DNA of 61,285 nucleotides, the filler included, from Rhabdomonas costata (taxonomy: Eukaryota): NCBI GenBank assembly GCA_019059605.1. It is 21 parts of 21 records of this genome, joined end to end, with 100 filler letters (N's around TTAATTAATTAA, not from the genome) between each part and the next. Parts side by side here need not be neighbours in the genome. Positions count along the whole stretch, not along the records: positions 58,459 to 61,285 come from JAHMHO010001992.1; 20 more parts are not named here. One strand, given 5' to 3'. Below are positions 61,044 through 61,285 of this stretch, piece by piece (positions within the stretch are counted from its first letter, which is position 1; each line of letters opens with the position of its first letter). The notes below the pieces were generated by a model. That model worked only from the letters and a program-made list of their open reading frames with translations, made no database searches and had not been told where the DNA came from. The position numbers and the translations under genes were made by a program.

Positions 61044-61285
61044 CTGGAAGGGGCATGAACGAAGAGCGAAGGTTATCCAAAAAATAGACGGTGGGTGCTA
61101 ATGAGCTGAACATGCACGCGTGTGCAGCTCGAATCTTTTTACGTGGCGTAGGCATCGATAAAAATATACACAAGGACATACAAACCCTTCCGCGAAGTTT
61201 TCTAAGAAGAAATCCATTTTCTCAAAAAGGAAAAATTCTACCAGTGTCCTAATAGCGCAGGTAAATGGTGAGAGGGGTACCGAGC

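Noticed and set aside
1..61285. tRNA, rRNA, spliced-leader RNA, telomere arrays or CRISPR arrays
   Set aside because: None recognisable by eye, and only isolated CCCTAA hexamers occur. tRNAscan-SE and Infernal/Rfam scans would be needed to exclude small RNAs.

Overview
This window is not one locus. It is 21 unrelated contigs of about 2.82 kb each, joined by an artificial 100-nt linker (44 N + TTAATTAATTAA + 44 N), so adjacency across linkers means nothing. Most contig ends carry about 10 nt of G/T-only (5') or A/C-only (3') sequence, the footprint expected from degenerate-K-primer whole-genome amplification. The DNA is from an intron-rich microbial eukaryote, most plausibly a euglenozoan (euglenid-like); this is inferred from a Venus-flytrap receptor adenylate cyclase and one intron with euglenid 'intermediate' features. 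By splicing exons by eye I recognise partial genes for LSm1, ADAT1, PUF60, TBCEL, an FkbM methyltransferase, PLRG1/Prp46, four class III nucleotide cyclases, a carnitine acyltransferase, a PKD2-like channel, an SLC35F5-like transporter and a prokaryote-type NRAMP-outgroup (NRMT-like) transporter. There is also a decayed APE-type non-LTR retrotransposon and some putative DNA-transposon remnants. The best leads are the intron-containing bacterial-type NRMT-like transporter, several non-GT splice donors (one with an end-pairing stem), and a cyclase subfamily sharing an insertion inside the catalytic domain. No multi-gene novel system can be supported, given the fragmentation. All protein family calls rest on remembered motifs, not on searches.
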